From Promethearchaeota archaeon (GTDB lineage Archaea; Asgardarchaeota; Lokiarchaeia; Sigyniarchaeales; SOKP01), in NCBI GenBank assembly GCA_029838195.1, contig JALGVJ010000027.1, positions 1-49,564 of the forward strand: a stretch of DNA of 49,564 nucleotides, given 5' to 3'. Of the stretch, positions 39,149 to 48,945 are shown piece by piece; position 1 is the first letter of the stretch; every line of letters begins with the position of its first letter. The notes under the pieces are model-generated. The model worked only from the letters and a program-made list of their open reading frames with translations. It was not told the DNA's origin and did not search any database. The translations under genes were made by a program, and so were the position numbers.

Positions 39149-39613
39149 ATGAATGAATCAGGACCTTCAAAAAAGGAAGAAAAATCACCATTAAAAGGAT
39201 GGAACGATTTTCTCACCAATATTAATGAAGGATTTCAGAAATTCCAACAATCATTAGAAGAACAATTAAAAAAAAATCAAGAAAATTGGGAGAAAAGTAA
39301 AGAGCATGCCGGAAAATTTTTTAAAAAGATACAAGAAGACTGGCAAAAAAAAATAAATGAATGGGATAAAAAAGTAAAAGAATCACAACTGAAAAATAGA
39401 GAACAATGGGAGGAAACGAGAAGGCGAATTCAATGGGATATCGAGAAATGGGAAAATAAAACCCGAAAGGATATAAAAGATGGATTAAAATGGTGGAATT
39501 GGCAAACTATTAAAGGAGCGTATCTATTTCTCATAGTAATGATCCCCATCATCATCGTATTGTTCCTCGTTTTTTATATCTTAACAAAATTCTTCCCCTT
39601 TCTCTTTTATTAA
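39149..39613 (+). CDS. Trp-rich amphipathic-helix protein with C-terminal membrane anchor
   Basis: Start reassigned to ATG 39149 to avoid overlap with the divergent gene; periodic W/F among K/E/Q; hydrophobic C-terminus. Confidence 0.75.
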   Translation: MNESGPSKKEEKSPLKGWNDFLTNINEGFQKFQQSLEEQLKKNQENWEKSKEHAGKFFKKIQEDWQKKINEWDKKVKESQLKNREQWEETRRRIQWDIEKWENKTRKDIKDGLKWWNWQTIKGAYLFLIVMIPIIIVLFLVFYILTKFFPFLFY

Positions 39614-39734
39614 ACACTTGAATTCATATCAGAGAATAAAGGGTCATGATTTATTTTTCTTTAATCATAAAAACTATATTCAATAAAATATTGTTTCCAT
39701 TAATCAATTCCATACTCGCTTATAAGCACTGAAC

Positions 39735-40526
39735 ATGAGATTATTTCCTTCAGAAATTAATAAGATTGTCATTAAAGTCAGCACGCAAATGATTACTGAT
39801 GGGGTAGCGAAAATTTATCATGATAAAATTCATGCGCTTGTTGAAGAAATTGCTGAACTCATTAATAAAGGCATTTCTGTAATCATTGTCAGTAGTGGTG
39901 CGATAGGTTGTGGATTAGCTAAATTAGGATTAGATAAACGCCCTGAATCGCATAAAATATTACAAGCTCTCTCTGCGGTCGGTCAGATTCATCTAATGAG
40001 CTTGTATCAAGAAGAATTCAACAAGCATGGAATAGAAGTGGGACAAATTCTCCTTTCTGCTGATGACATGAAAAATTCTGTTAGAAGGTCTAATGTAAGA
40101 AATACCTTGGACGTGTTGCTCTCAAAAGGAATCGTACCCATTATAAATGAAAATGATTCCGTTGCGATTGAAGAATTAAGCTATGGAGATAATGATAAAC
40201 TTTCAGCGTTGGTAGCCGTGTTATTATACGTTGATTTATTAATCATCTTAACAGATGTGCCGGGTTTATGCGATAAAAATCCTAAATTACACCCGAATTA
40301 TCACGTGATTGAAACAGTGGAAGCAATCGATGATAAATTACTAAAATTGGTGGAAGATATTGATGGAGGAATCACGTTTGGTGGCATGCTATCAAAAGTC
40401 AATGCCATTAAAAAATTAATGAATATAGGGATTCCGGCTATCATCACTTCTTTTGAAAATAGTTCTGTATTAAAAAGAATTCTTCAAGGAGAAGAAATTG
40501 GCACATATTTCGTGCCTCAAAAATGA
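39735..40526 (+). CDS. proB: Glutamate 5-kinase (no PUA domain)
   Basis: IVIKVS, VSSGAI, AVGQ, PIINEND, GDNDKLSA, LTDVPGL, GGMLSK. Confidence 0.96.
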   Translation: MRLFPSEINKIVIKVSTQMITDGVAKIYHDKIHALVEEIAELINKGISVIIVSSGAIGCGLAKLGLDKRPESHKILQALSAVGQIHLMSLYQEEFNKHGIEVGQILLSADDMKNSVRRSNVRNTLDVLLSKGIVPIINENDSVAIEELSYGDNDKLSALVAVLLYVDLLIILTDVPGLCDKNPKLHPNYHVIETVEAIDDKLLKLVEDIDGGITFGGMLSKVNAIKKLMNIGIPAIITSFENSSVLKRILQGEEIGTYFVPQK

Positions 40527-40569
40527 AATAATTCTTCAAATAAAAATTAGAAAAATGAGGTTATAAAAC

Positions 40570-41832
40570 ATGAGCTCCGTGATAAAAGAGAAAATGGAAC
40601 AAATGGGGAAACAAGCCCGAGATGCCGCATTCATCTTAAAAAATGCAAGCACGCTTGCAAAAAATAATGCACTTCTTAAAATGGCGGATGATTTAATTAA
40701 ATACCAATCTAAAATTCTTCAAGCTAATCAAATTGATTTAGATAATGCAAGAAAAGCTAATTTAGAACAAGCAAAAATAGATCGCTTAGTCTTGACAAAA
40801 GAAAAAATCGAAAACATTGCGAATGGCTTGCGTGAAATTGCTCGATTCCCCGACCCGATTAATGAAATCATATCCATGCGGCGAAGACCAAATGGAATGG
40901 ATGTTGGGTTAATTCGCGTGCCGTTAGGCGTCGTGGGAATCATTTATGAATCGAGACCAAATGTCACGGCGGATGCGACGGGATTATGCATTAAAGCGGG
41001 TAATGCCATCATCTTGCGTGGCGGAAGCGAAGCCATTAATTCAAATATTGCCATCGCAGATATCCTTCATGAAGCCGCGGTGGCGGAAGGGCTGCCTAAA
41101 AATTGCATCCAAATCGTGCGGGATACCGATCGAGAATACGTGGGGGAAATGCTTAAATTAAAAGACTACATTGATGTAATCATCCCCCGCGGCGGTAGTG
41201 ATTTAATACAAAGAGTGGTTCAAAATTCCTTAGTTCCCACCATTGAAACGGGGATCGGCATTGTCAGCTTGTTCGTGAATTATGATGCTGATTTTGAAAT
41301 GGCTGAAAAAATCATCATTAATTCAAAATGTTCCTATCCTGCTGTATGCAATGCTCTCGATAAACTCCTCGTCCATGAGAAAATCAAGCAAGAATTTCTC
41401 CCTTTCATCATTAATTCACTACGAAAGCACGGCGTGGAGGTGCGAGGTTGTGAAAAAACAAGAGAAATCGTGCCTGACGTAATTCCTGCCACGGAAGAAG
41501 ATCTCAGTGCGGAATATCTCAGCTTAAAAATATGCGTGAAAGTGGTTAAAGATATCGATGAAGCCATTCAACTCATTACTAAATATGATTCAAAGCACAC
41601 CGAATCCATTTTAACGAGTAATTATAACGACGCAAGGCGCTTTCTCTATGAAGTCGATGCTGCTGCCGTCTATGTAAATGCAGCCACTCGACTTACCGAT
41701 GGCGGGGTGTTTGGCATGGGTGCAGAAATCGGCATCTCTACTCAAAAACTCCATGCTAGGGGTCCCATGGGTATGAATCAATTGACTTCCACTAAATTCA
41801 TAATCTATGGCAATGGACAAATACGAGAATGA
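40570..41832 (+). CDS. proA: Gamma-glutamyl phosphate reductase
   Basis: VPLGVVGIIYESRPNVT, LRGGSEA, IPRGG, AVCNA, GAEIGISTQKLHARGPMG. Confidence 0.97.
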   Translation: MSSVIKEKMEQMGKQARDAAFILKNASTLAKNNALLKMADDLIKYQSKILQANQIDLDNARKANLEQAKIDRLVLTKEKIENIANGLREIARFPDPINEIISMRRRPNGMDVGLIRVPLGVVGIIYESRPNVTADATGLCIKAGNAIILRGGSEAINSNIAIADILHEAAVAEGLPKNCIQIVRDTDREYVGEMLKLKDYIDVIIPRGGSDLIQRVVQNSLVPTIETGIGIVSLFVNYDADFEMAEKIIINSKCSYPAVCNALDKLLVHEKIKQEFLPFIINSLRKHGVEVRGCEKTREIVPDVIPATEEDLSAEYLSLKICVKVVKDIDEAIQLITKYDSKHTESILTSNYNDARRFLYEVDAAAVYVNAATRLTDGGVFGMGAEIGISTQKLHARGPMGMNQLTSTKFIIYGNGQIRE

Positions 41833-42503
41833 ATAAATTCATGCTTGAAATCTTTCTTTTCTCCTTTTTAGTTGCCCTCACGGGCGCTTTAAGTCCCGGG
41901 CCTCTCCTGACATTCACCATCTACAAGTCTCTTAAGGAGAAAAGGGGATACTTAGCAGGTGTTTTTATAATCCTTGGTCACGCTACTTTAGAATTTTTAT
42001 TCATCTTGTTATTACTCGCCGGACTTTATTTGTTTTTCCAAAACCTCCTCGTGCTCATGCTCATTGGAGTAATTGGTGGAATTTTCTTGGTAATATTTGG
42101 CATCTTGGTCATCAGAGATACCCTGAAAAATCCGATTGAGCTTAACATGGAATCGATTGAAACACAAAACTATAAGGGATTTAAAGGAAATAGCTTTTTG
42201 GGAGGTATTTTAGTGAGTCTCAGCAACCCATTTTGGACGTTCTGGTGGATAGTTATCGGATTAAGCCTCATGATCAATCTAAATGTTACTTTCCAAGAAC
42301 CCTTAGGTATTTTCATATTTTTTATTGGCCATGAGACAGGAGATTTTGCATGGTACATTCCCCTATCCATATTCGTTTCTTTGGGAGGGCGTTCCTTGAA
42401 TCAAAAGCTTTACAAGTACATTTTGATTATATGTGGGCTTTTTATGATTATCTTTGGATTTTATCTTGCCCTAAATATCATGTTTTTTCCTCCCTCCTTT
42501 TAA
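41829..42503 (+). CDS. LysE-family translocator
   Basis: ALSPGP, GH..LE, SLSNPFW; ATGA overlap with proA. Confidence 0.88.
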   Translation: MNKFMLEIFLFSFLVALTGALSPGPLLTFTIYKSLKEKRGYLAGVFIILGHATLEFLFILLLLAGLYLFFQNLLVLMLIGVIGGIFLVIFGILVIRDTLKNPIELNMESIETQNYKGFKGNSFLGGILVSLSNPFWTFWWIVIGLSLMINLNVTFQEPLGIFIFFIGHETGDFAWYIPLSIFVSLGGRSLNQKLYKYILIICGLFMIIFGFYLALNIMFFPPSF

Positions 42504-42633
42504 ATTCAATATAAAAAAGTAGAAAGGAGGATTAAAGCTCTTTTTGATAAAAAAAGCACAAAATAAGGGAAGGTAATAAAAGAAAAAAAACTAAAAATAA
42601 ATAAAGATACATTCCTTAAACAAGAATATTAAT

Positions 42634-43686
42634 TCATTCTAATAAACCATAAGCATTTTTTAAATATTTTTCAGCATCGGCAACTATTCTGTTAATGATG
42701 GTCTTGACAGATTCAATGCTATTGATGATTCCGATGGATTGGCCAAGGAGAACTGCTCCATCTTTTATGTTTCCTTTGTATGCCAACTCATATTTCTTTC
42801 CTTCTTCAATCACATCTTGTTCGGTCATTTGAGCTTCTTGAGCCATTTTTTCCTCTTTATCTGAAACTAAATCGTGGTGTAAGGAGTATTCATTTTTCCA
42901 TAACCTAATAGGGCCTAACGCTCCCGTTACCAATACCGTATCTTGCGCCTTTGCTTGAGGCACGACATTTTTATAAGTTTCGTGAAATTCACTTTCTTTA
43001 GAAGCAATGAAACGTGAGCCCATAGCAATTGCGCCCGCTCCCATGGCCAATGCTGATGCCAAGCCTCTTCCACTCGCAAAACCACCACAAGCTATGACAG
43101 GCATGTCTGGATATTTCTCCAGGACTTGTTGTAATAGTACTAACGTGCTTACTTTTTCATAGCTCTGATGACCCCCACCCTCCGTGCCCGTAATGACCAA
43201 TCCGTCGACATTTGCCGCCACGCACTTGTCTGCTAACCATAAGGCAGGTGCCACATGAAAATGCTTGATTTGTGATCCATTTTCCCTCAATTTATGAAAG
43301 CTCTTCGATTGTGGTAAGGTTTTAGAGGATCCCGCACTCGTGACGGCATATATGCATTGTTCCCGTAGTTTTGGGTTGTTCATGATGAATTTGGGAATTT
43401 CCGTCGTGAGAGCCTTGGCGTATATTTCCCTGCGGGATGTCCTTATGTTAAATCCAAATGGCTTGTCTGTATGTTCAATAACGTGTAGCATGTTTTTTTT
43501 CATGATTTCCACGGGATTTTTACCAGCCATTAAATCGCTAATCAAGGCTGTATGGCTTAAAACGCCCAAGCCTCCCGCCTCAGAAACGGCGATGGTTAAC
43601 TCCGTGGTATAAAAGGGACCCATCGGAGCGGCAATAATAGGATGCTTGATTCCAAGCATTTCAGTTATTTTCGTTTTAAATACCAT
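42634..43686 (-). CDS. Nitronate monooxygenase / FabK-like FMN oxidoreductase
   Basis: HPIIAAPM, EAGGLG, GTEGGGH, PVIACGG, MGSRFIASKES, GQSIG. Confidence 0.9.
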   Translation of the reverse strand: MVFKTKITEMLGIKHPIIAAPMGPFYTTELTIAVSEAGGLGVLSHTALISDLMAGKNPVEIMKKNMLHVIEHTDKPFGFNIRTSRREIYAKALTTEIPKFIMNNPKLREQCIYAVTSAGSSKTLPQSKSFHKLRENGSQIKHFHVAPALWLADKCVAANVDGLVITGTEGGGHQSYEKVSTLVLLQQVLEKYPDMPVIACGGFASGRGLASALAMGAGAIAMGSRFIASKESEFHETYKNVVPQAKAQDTVLVTGALGPIRLWKNEYSLHHDLVSDKEEKMAQEAQMTEQDVIEEGKKYELAYKGNIKDGAVLLGQSIGIINSIESVKTIINRIVADAEKYLKNAYGLLE

Positions 43687-43845
43687 TTCAAATCACGTGT
43701 TTTAATTTTCTTCTTTACACCAATGATAACAATAATGAAAAATAAAATATCATTAGTAAAAAAAATTATTTGATTTGAAGAGTTCTCTTTCCTCGTTTGT
43801 TAATTAAGAAAAAAGAGGCAAGGTGCTACCTAATCTTGGCCGATT

Positions 43846-45516
43846 TTAGCGCTTTTGTAAGGCTTTCTTATCTATTTTTCCTACTGCCGTTCTTGGTAAG
43901 GTAGGCACAAACTCTACGAATCGCGGATATTTATATGCTGCCAAATTCTCTTTTGCCCACTCAATAATTTCTCCCTCAGTTATTTTGCCCACGTAATCCT
44001 CGTTTAATGAAACAAATGCCTTGATATTTTCGCCCGTATTAGGATCTTCAATTCCCACAACTGCAGCAGAAGATATGGCGGGATGTTCTTCTAATTTCTC
44101 TTCTATTTCTTTCGGCATTACTTTATATCCTTTATATTTTATCATTTCTTTAGTCCTTCCCATAATATAAAACCATCCATCTTCCGTCATTCGAGCAAGA
44201 TCGCCCGTCCTTAGCCACCCATCTTCAGTTATGACTCTTTTGGTTGCTTCAGGATTTTTCCAGTATCCTTTCATGACTTGACGTCCTTTAATGAGCAGTT
44301 CTCCTACTTCTCCTGGCTTTACCTCTTCTAATGTTTCGGTGTTCACGATTTTTGCATCCGTATCGAGTAGAGGAATACCGATCGAGTCAGCCCTGACTTC
44401 AGGAAGCCAATCAGGTTGCATGTGAGTTATTGGAGAAGCTTCCGTAAGACCGTAGCCCTGCGAAAAATGAATGTCGCCAACTACGCTCTTAAATTTTTCT
44501 GTGACTTCTGCCGGTAAAGTGGTAGAGCCAGAAATGGCCCCTTCGAGGGAAGATAGATCAATCTTGCCGAAATCGGGATGATTCACGATTAATTGGAACA
44601 TTAGAGGCACTCCTACAAAGCTTTTGATTTTATAATCCCTGATATGTCTCATGATTACATCTGGATAAAAATCTCCTTCCATTATCATCATTACGCCTAA
44701 TAATAATGACGTGATGAGGACCGTGAAGCCAAACGTGTGACAGAGAGGTAACACGCACAAGGTCACTTCTCGTCCCATATTTTCTTCATATACTTGTTTT
44801 TGTAAATATATCGTATATAACACGTCAGAGATAATATTATCGTGGGTTAGCATTACGCCTTTTGGAAGCCCCGTAGTTCCACCTGTATAGAGTAGCGTGG
44901 CAAGATCATTCATCGGGTCAATCATGACCCTTTTAGGCTCTGTTGGCTCAGCATCTTCGAGAAACGTACTCAAGGGTATTCCTTCGCCTTTTGGTTCTTT
45001 TGTGCCTAATAAAATGATATTTTCAATTTCTACTTCCCTGGATGCTTTTTTAATGATTCTATAATTCTTGCTATGAACAAACACGGTTTTAATGATGCCC
45101 GCGTCTTTAATAATATGCGTGACATCACCCACGTTCAATAATGGGTTAATGGGAGTCAAAGATGCCCCCGTTTGAAGGATACCAATAGTGGTAAAAGCAA
45201 ATTCCGGAATATTTCCCGTCATTAAGCCAATGGATTCTTTTTTAGAAATACCTAGTTTTTCATGAAGAGCATTCGTTATTTTATTTGCCTCTAAAAACAT
45301 TTCTAAATAGGTATATTTTCTCTCTTCAGGAACGTAATAAATTGCACAGTGAGTTGGAAATAATTCTTTAGAAATCTTTAAGATATCCGGAATGGAAATG
45401 GGGTCCCATGAAATGGATTTAGGATTGTCATCGGGGTAAAATTTCAGCCATGGTCTATGGGGGTCGACCGAGAAATGTTCATAATCTTCTTTAATGTTTA
45501 AAAAACCTTCAAACAT
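43846..45516 (-). CDS. Long-chain acyl-CoA ligase (AMP-forming)
   Basis: YTGGTTGLPKG, QGYGLTE, GWLRTGD, GRTKEMI, PRTAVGK. Confidence 0.95.
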   Translation of the reverse strand: MFEGFLNIKEDYEHFSVDPHRPWLKFYPDDNPKSISWDPISIPDILKISKELFPTHCAIYYVPEERKYTYLEMFLEANKITNALHEKLGISKKESIGLMTGNIPEFAFTTIGILQTGASLTPINPLLNVGDVTHIIKDAGIIKTVFVHSKNYRIIKKASREVEIENIILLGTKEPKGEGIPLSTFLEDAEPTEPKRVMIDPMNDLATLLYTGGTTGLPKGVMLTHDNIISDVLYTIYLQKQVYEENMGREVTLCVLPLCHTFGFTVLITSLLLGVMMIMEGDFYPDVIMRHIRDYKIKSFVGVPLMFQLIVNHPDFGKIDLSSLEGAISGSTTLPAEVTEKFKSVVGDIHFSQGYGLTEASPITHMQPDWLPEVRADSIGIPLLDTDAKIVNTETLEEVKPGEVGELLIKGRQVMKGYWKNPEATKRVITEDGWLRTGDLARMTEDGWFYIMGRTKEMIKYKGYKVMPKEIEEKLEEHPAISSAAVVGIEDPNTGENIKAFVSLNEDYVGKITEGEIIEWAKENLAAYKYPRFVEFVPTLPRTAVGKIDKKALQKR

Positions 45517-45971
45517 GAGTTACACCATCCAAACTTTAATCTTTTCCTTATGTAATTCATTAATAATATTAGTTTTGTTTATTAATTATATAAATTTTTG
45601 TCTCCTATTTAGATAAATTTCGACGAGTGGAGATATTAAAAAGAACAAGCATTATTATTTATCCAAATTAGGATGAAATGAAAAAATTGGCTTCCATTTA
45701 TCTCGTTTTACCATGAGAGGTTTCTTTATAACAATGGAAAAAATTCAAGTTTATATCAAAAGTTTTTCTAATTCTATTTTATCTTCTTTGGATTTTCTCC
45801 CTCTCTTAGCTAATAAAATATTTTTTTTAAAGAATTTTTTTGCCATTAATTATTAAAATGAAACAACTCAATTAAAATAAAAATTTAAAATAAACGCAAG
45901 TTAAGTTTTCTATGAAGTATTATTTTATAGGTGTCATGGACTTGCCTTGCCTTCTCACTTAACCCTTCCTT

Positions 45972-47168
45972 CTACAAGGAAAATCCTTTAAATCCCTCTG
46001 GACCAATCTCAAGAGAAATTGAAATAAGGTCCGGGAGGTCCACTATCGGATTGTCCTCCAAATAATTCATCTCCAGCGAAGGAGTGCGGAGCAAGCTTAC
46101 GGGAAACTCCGTGAATTGATTGTGCCGCAAGTAGATTTCTTCAAGCTTGATGCCAGCATCGAAGGAATCGGGAACGCGAGAAAGACCACAATCAGACATG
46201 TAAAGCTTTTCCAAGGAAGGGTGGTGGAGCAGATGCTCGGGAAATCGCCAGAAGGGGGTTCCTCCTAAATTGAGCCTCTTGAGATGTGGCAGGGCGGACG
46301 AGAGGTCGGGAACCTCCGCAATATTGCAATCTATTAAAACTAATTCTTCTAGAGCCATAAGCGAAAGGAGCTGTTCGGGAAAACTCCGAAAGCGGCAGTC
46401 CCATAAAACTAAATATTTTAATTTCTTCAAGTTTCGAAATGAATCGGGCAATCTTTCTAATTTATTATAATCTAGTTCAAGCTTTTCCAAATTGGCAAGA
46501 TTTCCAAATGATTCGGGTAATTCCGATAAAGCATTACATACTAAATTCAACTTCTTTAAATTTCTCAAGTTTCTGAATGATTCAGGCAACTCTGATAACG
46601 CATTCTCTTGCAAATTCAACACCTCTAAATTCCTCAAGTTTTCAAACTCCTCAGGCAAGCGTTCTAAATTAGTGTGCCAAAGGTTTAAAATCTTTAGCAA
46701 AGTCATTTGAGTAAACCAATCGGGCATCATTTTCAGCGGATTTCCTTCCAGGTCCAAAATCAAAAGAGAGGAAAATTCCCTAAACCATTTCAGAAACGAA
46801 GAGAAATTATTTGATGTTAACCATAATTTTTTAATGTAATTGAATTTCCAAAAATAGGAAGGAAGCCTCTCAGCCTGGATTTTATCATTATAATGTATAT
46901 CTAAATCCTCAATGGTTTTATTAGGAAAACTAAACTCAATCTTTTGGATACAATATTCACTGATCACCCGCTTAATGAGGTGTTTTTCCTCTTCAGATTC
47001 CAAAAAATAATCGATCTTCTCCTCTCGCGTGAACTCCTCACAAAGATAGGTTCTTAGCGTCCCTCGAAACATCGCGTTTTTGGTAGTATAGAACCAGTTG
47101 AAAAGATTTTTAATATACCGTATACGGAGTCTCGGGTTCTTTCTATTCATGCGCTTGAGAAGGGGCAA
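45972..47168 (-). CDS. Leucine-rich repeat protein (23-aa LRRs); remaining open part of a longer gene
   Basis: About 11-12 LxxLxLxxNxLxxLPxxF units; true start uncertain (TTG 47168 or ATG 47150). Confidence 0.85.
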   Translation of the reverse strand: MPLLKRMNRKNPRLRIRYIKNLFNWFYTTKNAMFRGTLRTYLCEEFTREEKIDYFLESEEEKHLIKRVISEYCIQKIEFSFPNKTIEDLDIHYNDKIQAERLPSYFWKFNYIKKLWLTSNNFSSFLKWFREFSSLLILDLEGNPLKMMPDWFTQMTLLKILNLWHTNLERLPEEFENLRNLEVLNLQENALSELPESFRNLRNLKKLNLVCNALSELPESFGNLANLEKLELDYNKLERLPDSFRNLKKLKYLVLWDCRFRSFPEQLLSLMALEELVLIDCNIAEVPDLSSALPHLKRLNLGGTPFWRFPEHLLHHPSLEKLYMSDCGLSRVPDSFDAGIKLEEIYLRHNQFTEFPVSLLRTPSLEMNYLEDNPIVDLPDLISISLEIGPEGFKGFSL

Positions 47169-47462
47169 GGAGAGGCGGCTGTCGAGGATGCGCGTGTTAA
47201 AATCGTTTTCGACCTAAGCTTGTATGTTTGAGCAGTTCACGAAGAAATCGAGTTTGGCAAGTCTCTCGCCGTGAACCCCTTTAGGGGGACGAACCTCGTA
47301 CTCCCTATCCAAGTGCTGGATGATGTCATCAATAGACTCGATGTTTTCAAGAGCGGGTAGCTAATCTATGGGGATAGCAAGGGGCACGAAGCGGCAAGCC
47401 TTGAATCTCTCTCCGTAGCCGTAAATGTATGACCTACAATCGATTAGTTTGATGGAGAACTA
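47169..47462 (-). pseudogene. In-frame N-terminal domain of the LRR gene interrupted by three TAG codons
   Basis: Manual translation in the LRR frame: *FSIKLIDCRSYIYGYGERFKACRFVPLAIPID*LPALENIESIDDIIQHLDREYEVRPPKGVHGERLAKLDFFVNCSNIQA*VENDFNTRILDSRLS|LPLLKRM; stops at 47460-62, 47361-63 and 47214-16. Confidence 0.75.
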
Positions 47463-47598
47463 ATTAGAACAAGTAAAATTATGTCGGTGTGAATATCAAA
47501 ACTAATCCATACTAAATTTTAAAAAAATAATATTTTATTAAGTCAAGAATTTAATTAAAAATCTTTATTAAATTAATGAAAAGAATTTTTTAACAGCA

Positions 47599-48945
47599 TC
47601 AACTATTAAATATATTGAGAGCTTTTCCGGTCATCCATTTAAGTTTCTCAATACCGAATAATTTTAAAATAGTAGGAGCAATATCAATATAGCATACTTT
47701 ATCTCCTTTACCATTTTTAATATTATTTCCATAAGCAATAAAAATCCCATCCAGTGAATGACTAATAACATTAGTATTTCGTGTATTATATATTGAAGGA
47801 TCAGCACTGAAATAATATTTATTTTTTAATAAAATATAAAAGTCGGGAAAGAATTCATTTTTAGGTGATATGATTTTAAAAACATTTTTATCTTTTAATA
47901 ATTCTTCTTTTATTTTTTTTTTTAAAAATTTATATCTATTTTCTAAATATAATCCACCTAAATTGGATTTAAAAGATTGAAATCTGAAAACACCGGGAAT
48001 TACTAAAGAAGCTCTTGGTTTAATTTTTTTAAAGGGAATTCCGCTCTTCGATTTATTAATTTTATTTTGTATTTCTTTTTTACCTTTATATAAGAATAAA
48101 TAGTGATAAAATTTTTTTAATTGATTTGTTGGTTCTAAAATGGGTCTAAAAATATCATATAATTTAAGTAAAATACTATACCATTTCTCTCTCTCTCTGT
48201 CGGGAGGAAATTGAAATAATCTTTTTTTTTTAATCCAAGAATAAAAATAAAAAACTTTTTTATAAATTGTTAGCCCATGATCGCTTATAATGAAGATATT
48301 ATCGTAATTTTTAGTTTTTAATATTTCTTTAAAAAATTTATCGATTTTAATATAGCTTAGATCAATATAATGGAGAATTTTATCCAACTTTAAATAATTT
48401 AAATGAGATATATGATCTGGTAATCCGATTATATAAGTTAAAAAATTAAAATTTTCATTTAATTTTTGGAGAAAGATCTTTTTTTTAACTTCAAATGCTT
48501 TAAATATTTCTCTTAAATTTGAACCTCCAACTATCCATTCTTTATCATAAATATCTTTCAAATTTGAAGGATAAGTTGATAATTCTGGAGATAAAATTCC
48601 CGTGAACATTTCTCCATTTATTTTCCAAGGTGGATATGTTCCCGGAAGGTTTAATACAAGAGATTTTAATTTAGGATTGGAAAAAATTGCTTTTTCTCTC
48701 CATATTGTTGAATTAAATAATCCTTTCCCGCGTAATGAGAAATAATTAAAGCCTAATTGATCTGGTGTGAGACCAGAAAATAAACAAGGAAAAGAAGGAA
48801 TAGTGATTGGAGGGATAGTTACTTCTAATTTAGCACTATATCCATGTGTTATTAGTTTTTCAAAATTTGGTAATAATTGTTTATTAATTAATGGATTAAT
48901 TTGTTCAAAACTACCCCCATCTATACCTATAACTAAAATCTTTAT
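47599..48945 (-). CDS. Alkaline phosphatase superfamily (NPP/phosphodiesterase-like) protein, 448 aa if initiated at ATA
   Basis: The frame is open 112 codons upstream of the tracked ATG: IKILVIGIDG...LPNF...TIPPITIPSF..LFSG...NLPGTYP; later PDHISH, ISDHG, SHSLDG, DIAPTIL. Confidence 0.8.
   Translation of the reverse strand: MKILVIGIDGGSFEQINPLINKQLLPNFEKLITHGYSAKLEVTIPPITIPSFPCLFSGLTPDQLGFNYFSLRGKGLFNSTIWREKAIFSNPKLKSLVLNLPGTYPPWKINGEMFTGILSPELSTYPSNLKDIYDKEWIVGGSNLREIFKAFEVKKKIFLQKLNENFNFLTYIIGLPDHISHLNYLKLDKILHYIDLSYIKIDKFFKEILKTKNYDNIFIISDHGLTIYKKVFYFYSWIKKKRLFQFPPDREREKWYSILLKLYDIFRPILEPTNQLKKFYHYLFLYKGKKEIQNKINKSKSGIPFKKIKPRASLVIPGVFRFQSFKSNLGGLYLENRYKFLKKKIKEELLKDKNVFKIISPKNEFFPDFYILLKNKYYFSADPSIYNTRNTNVISHSLDGIFIAYGNNIKNGKGDKVCYIDIAPTILKLFGIEKLKWMTGKALNIFNS

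Noticed and set aside
45972-47462. Diversity-generating retroelement as the source of LRR variation and stops
   Set aside because: No reverse transcriptase or TR/VR pair seen, and TGG to TAG is not adenine-directed mutagenesis
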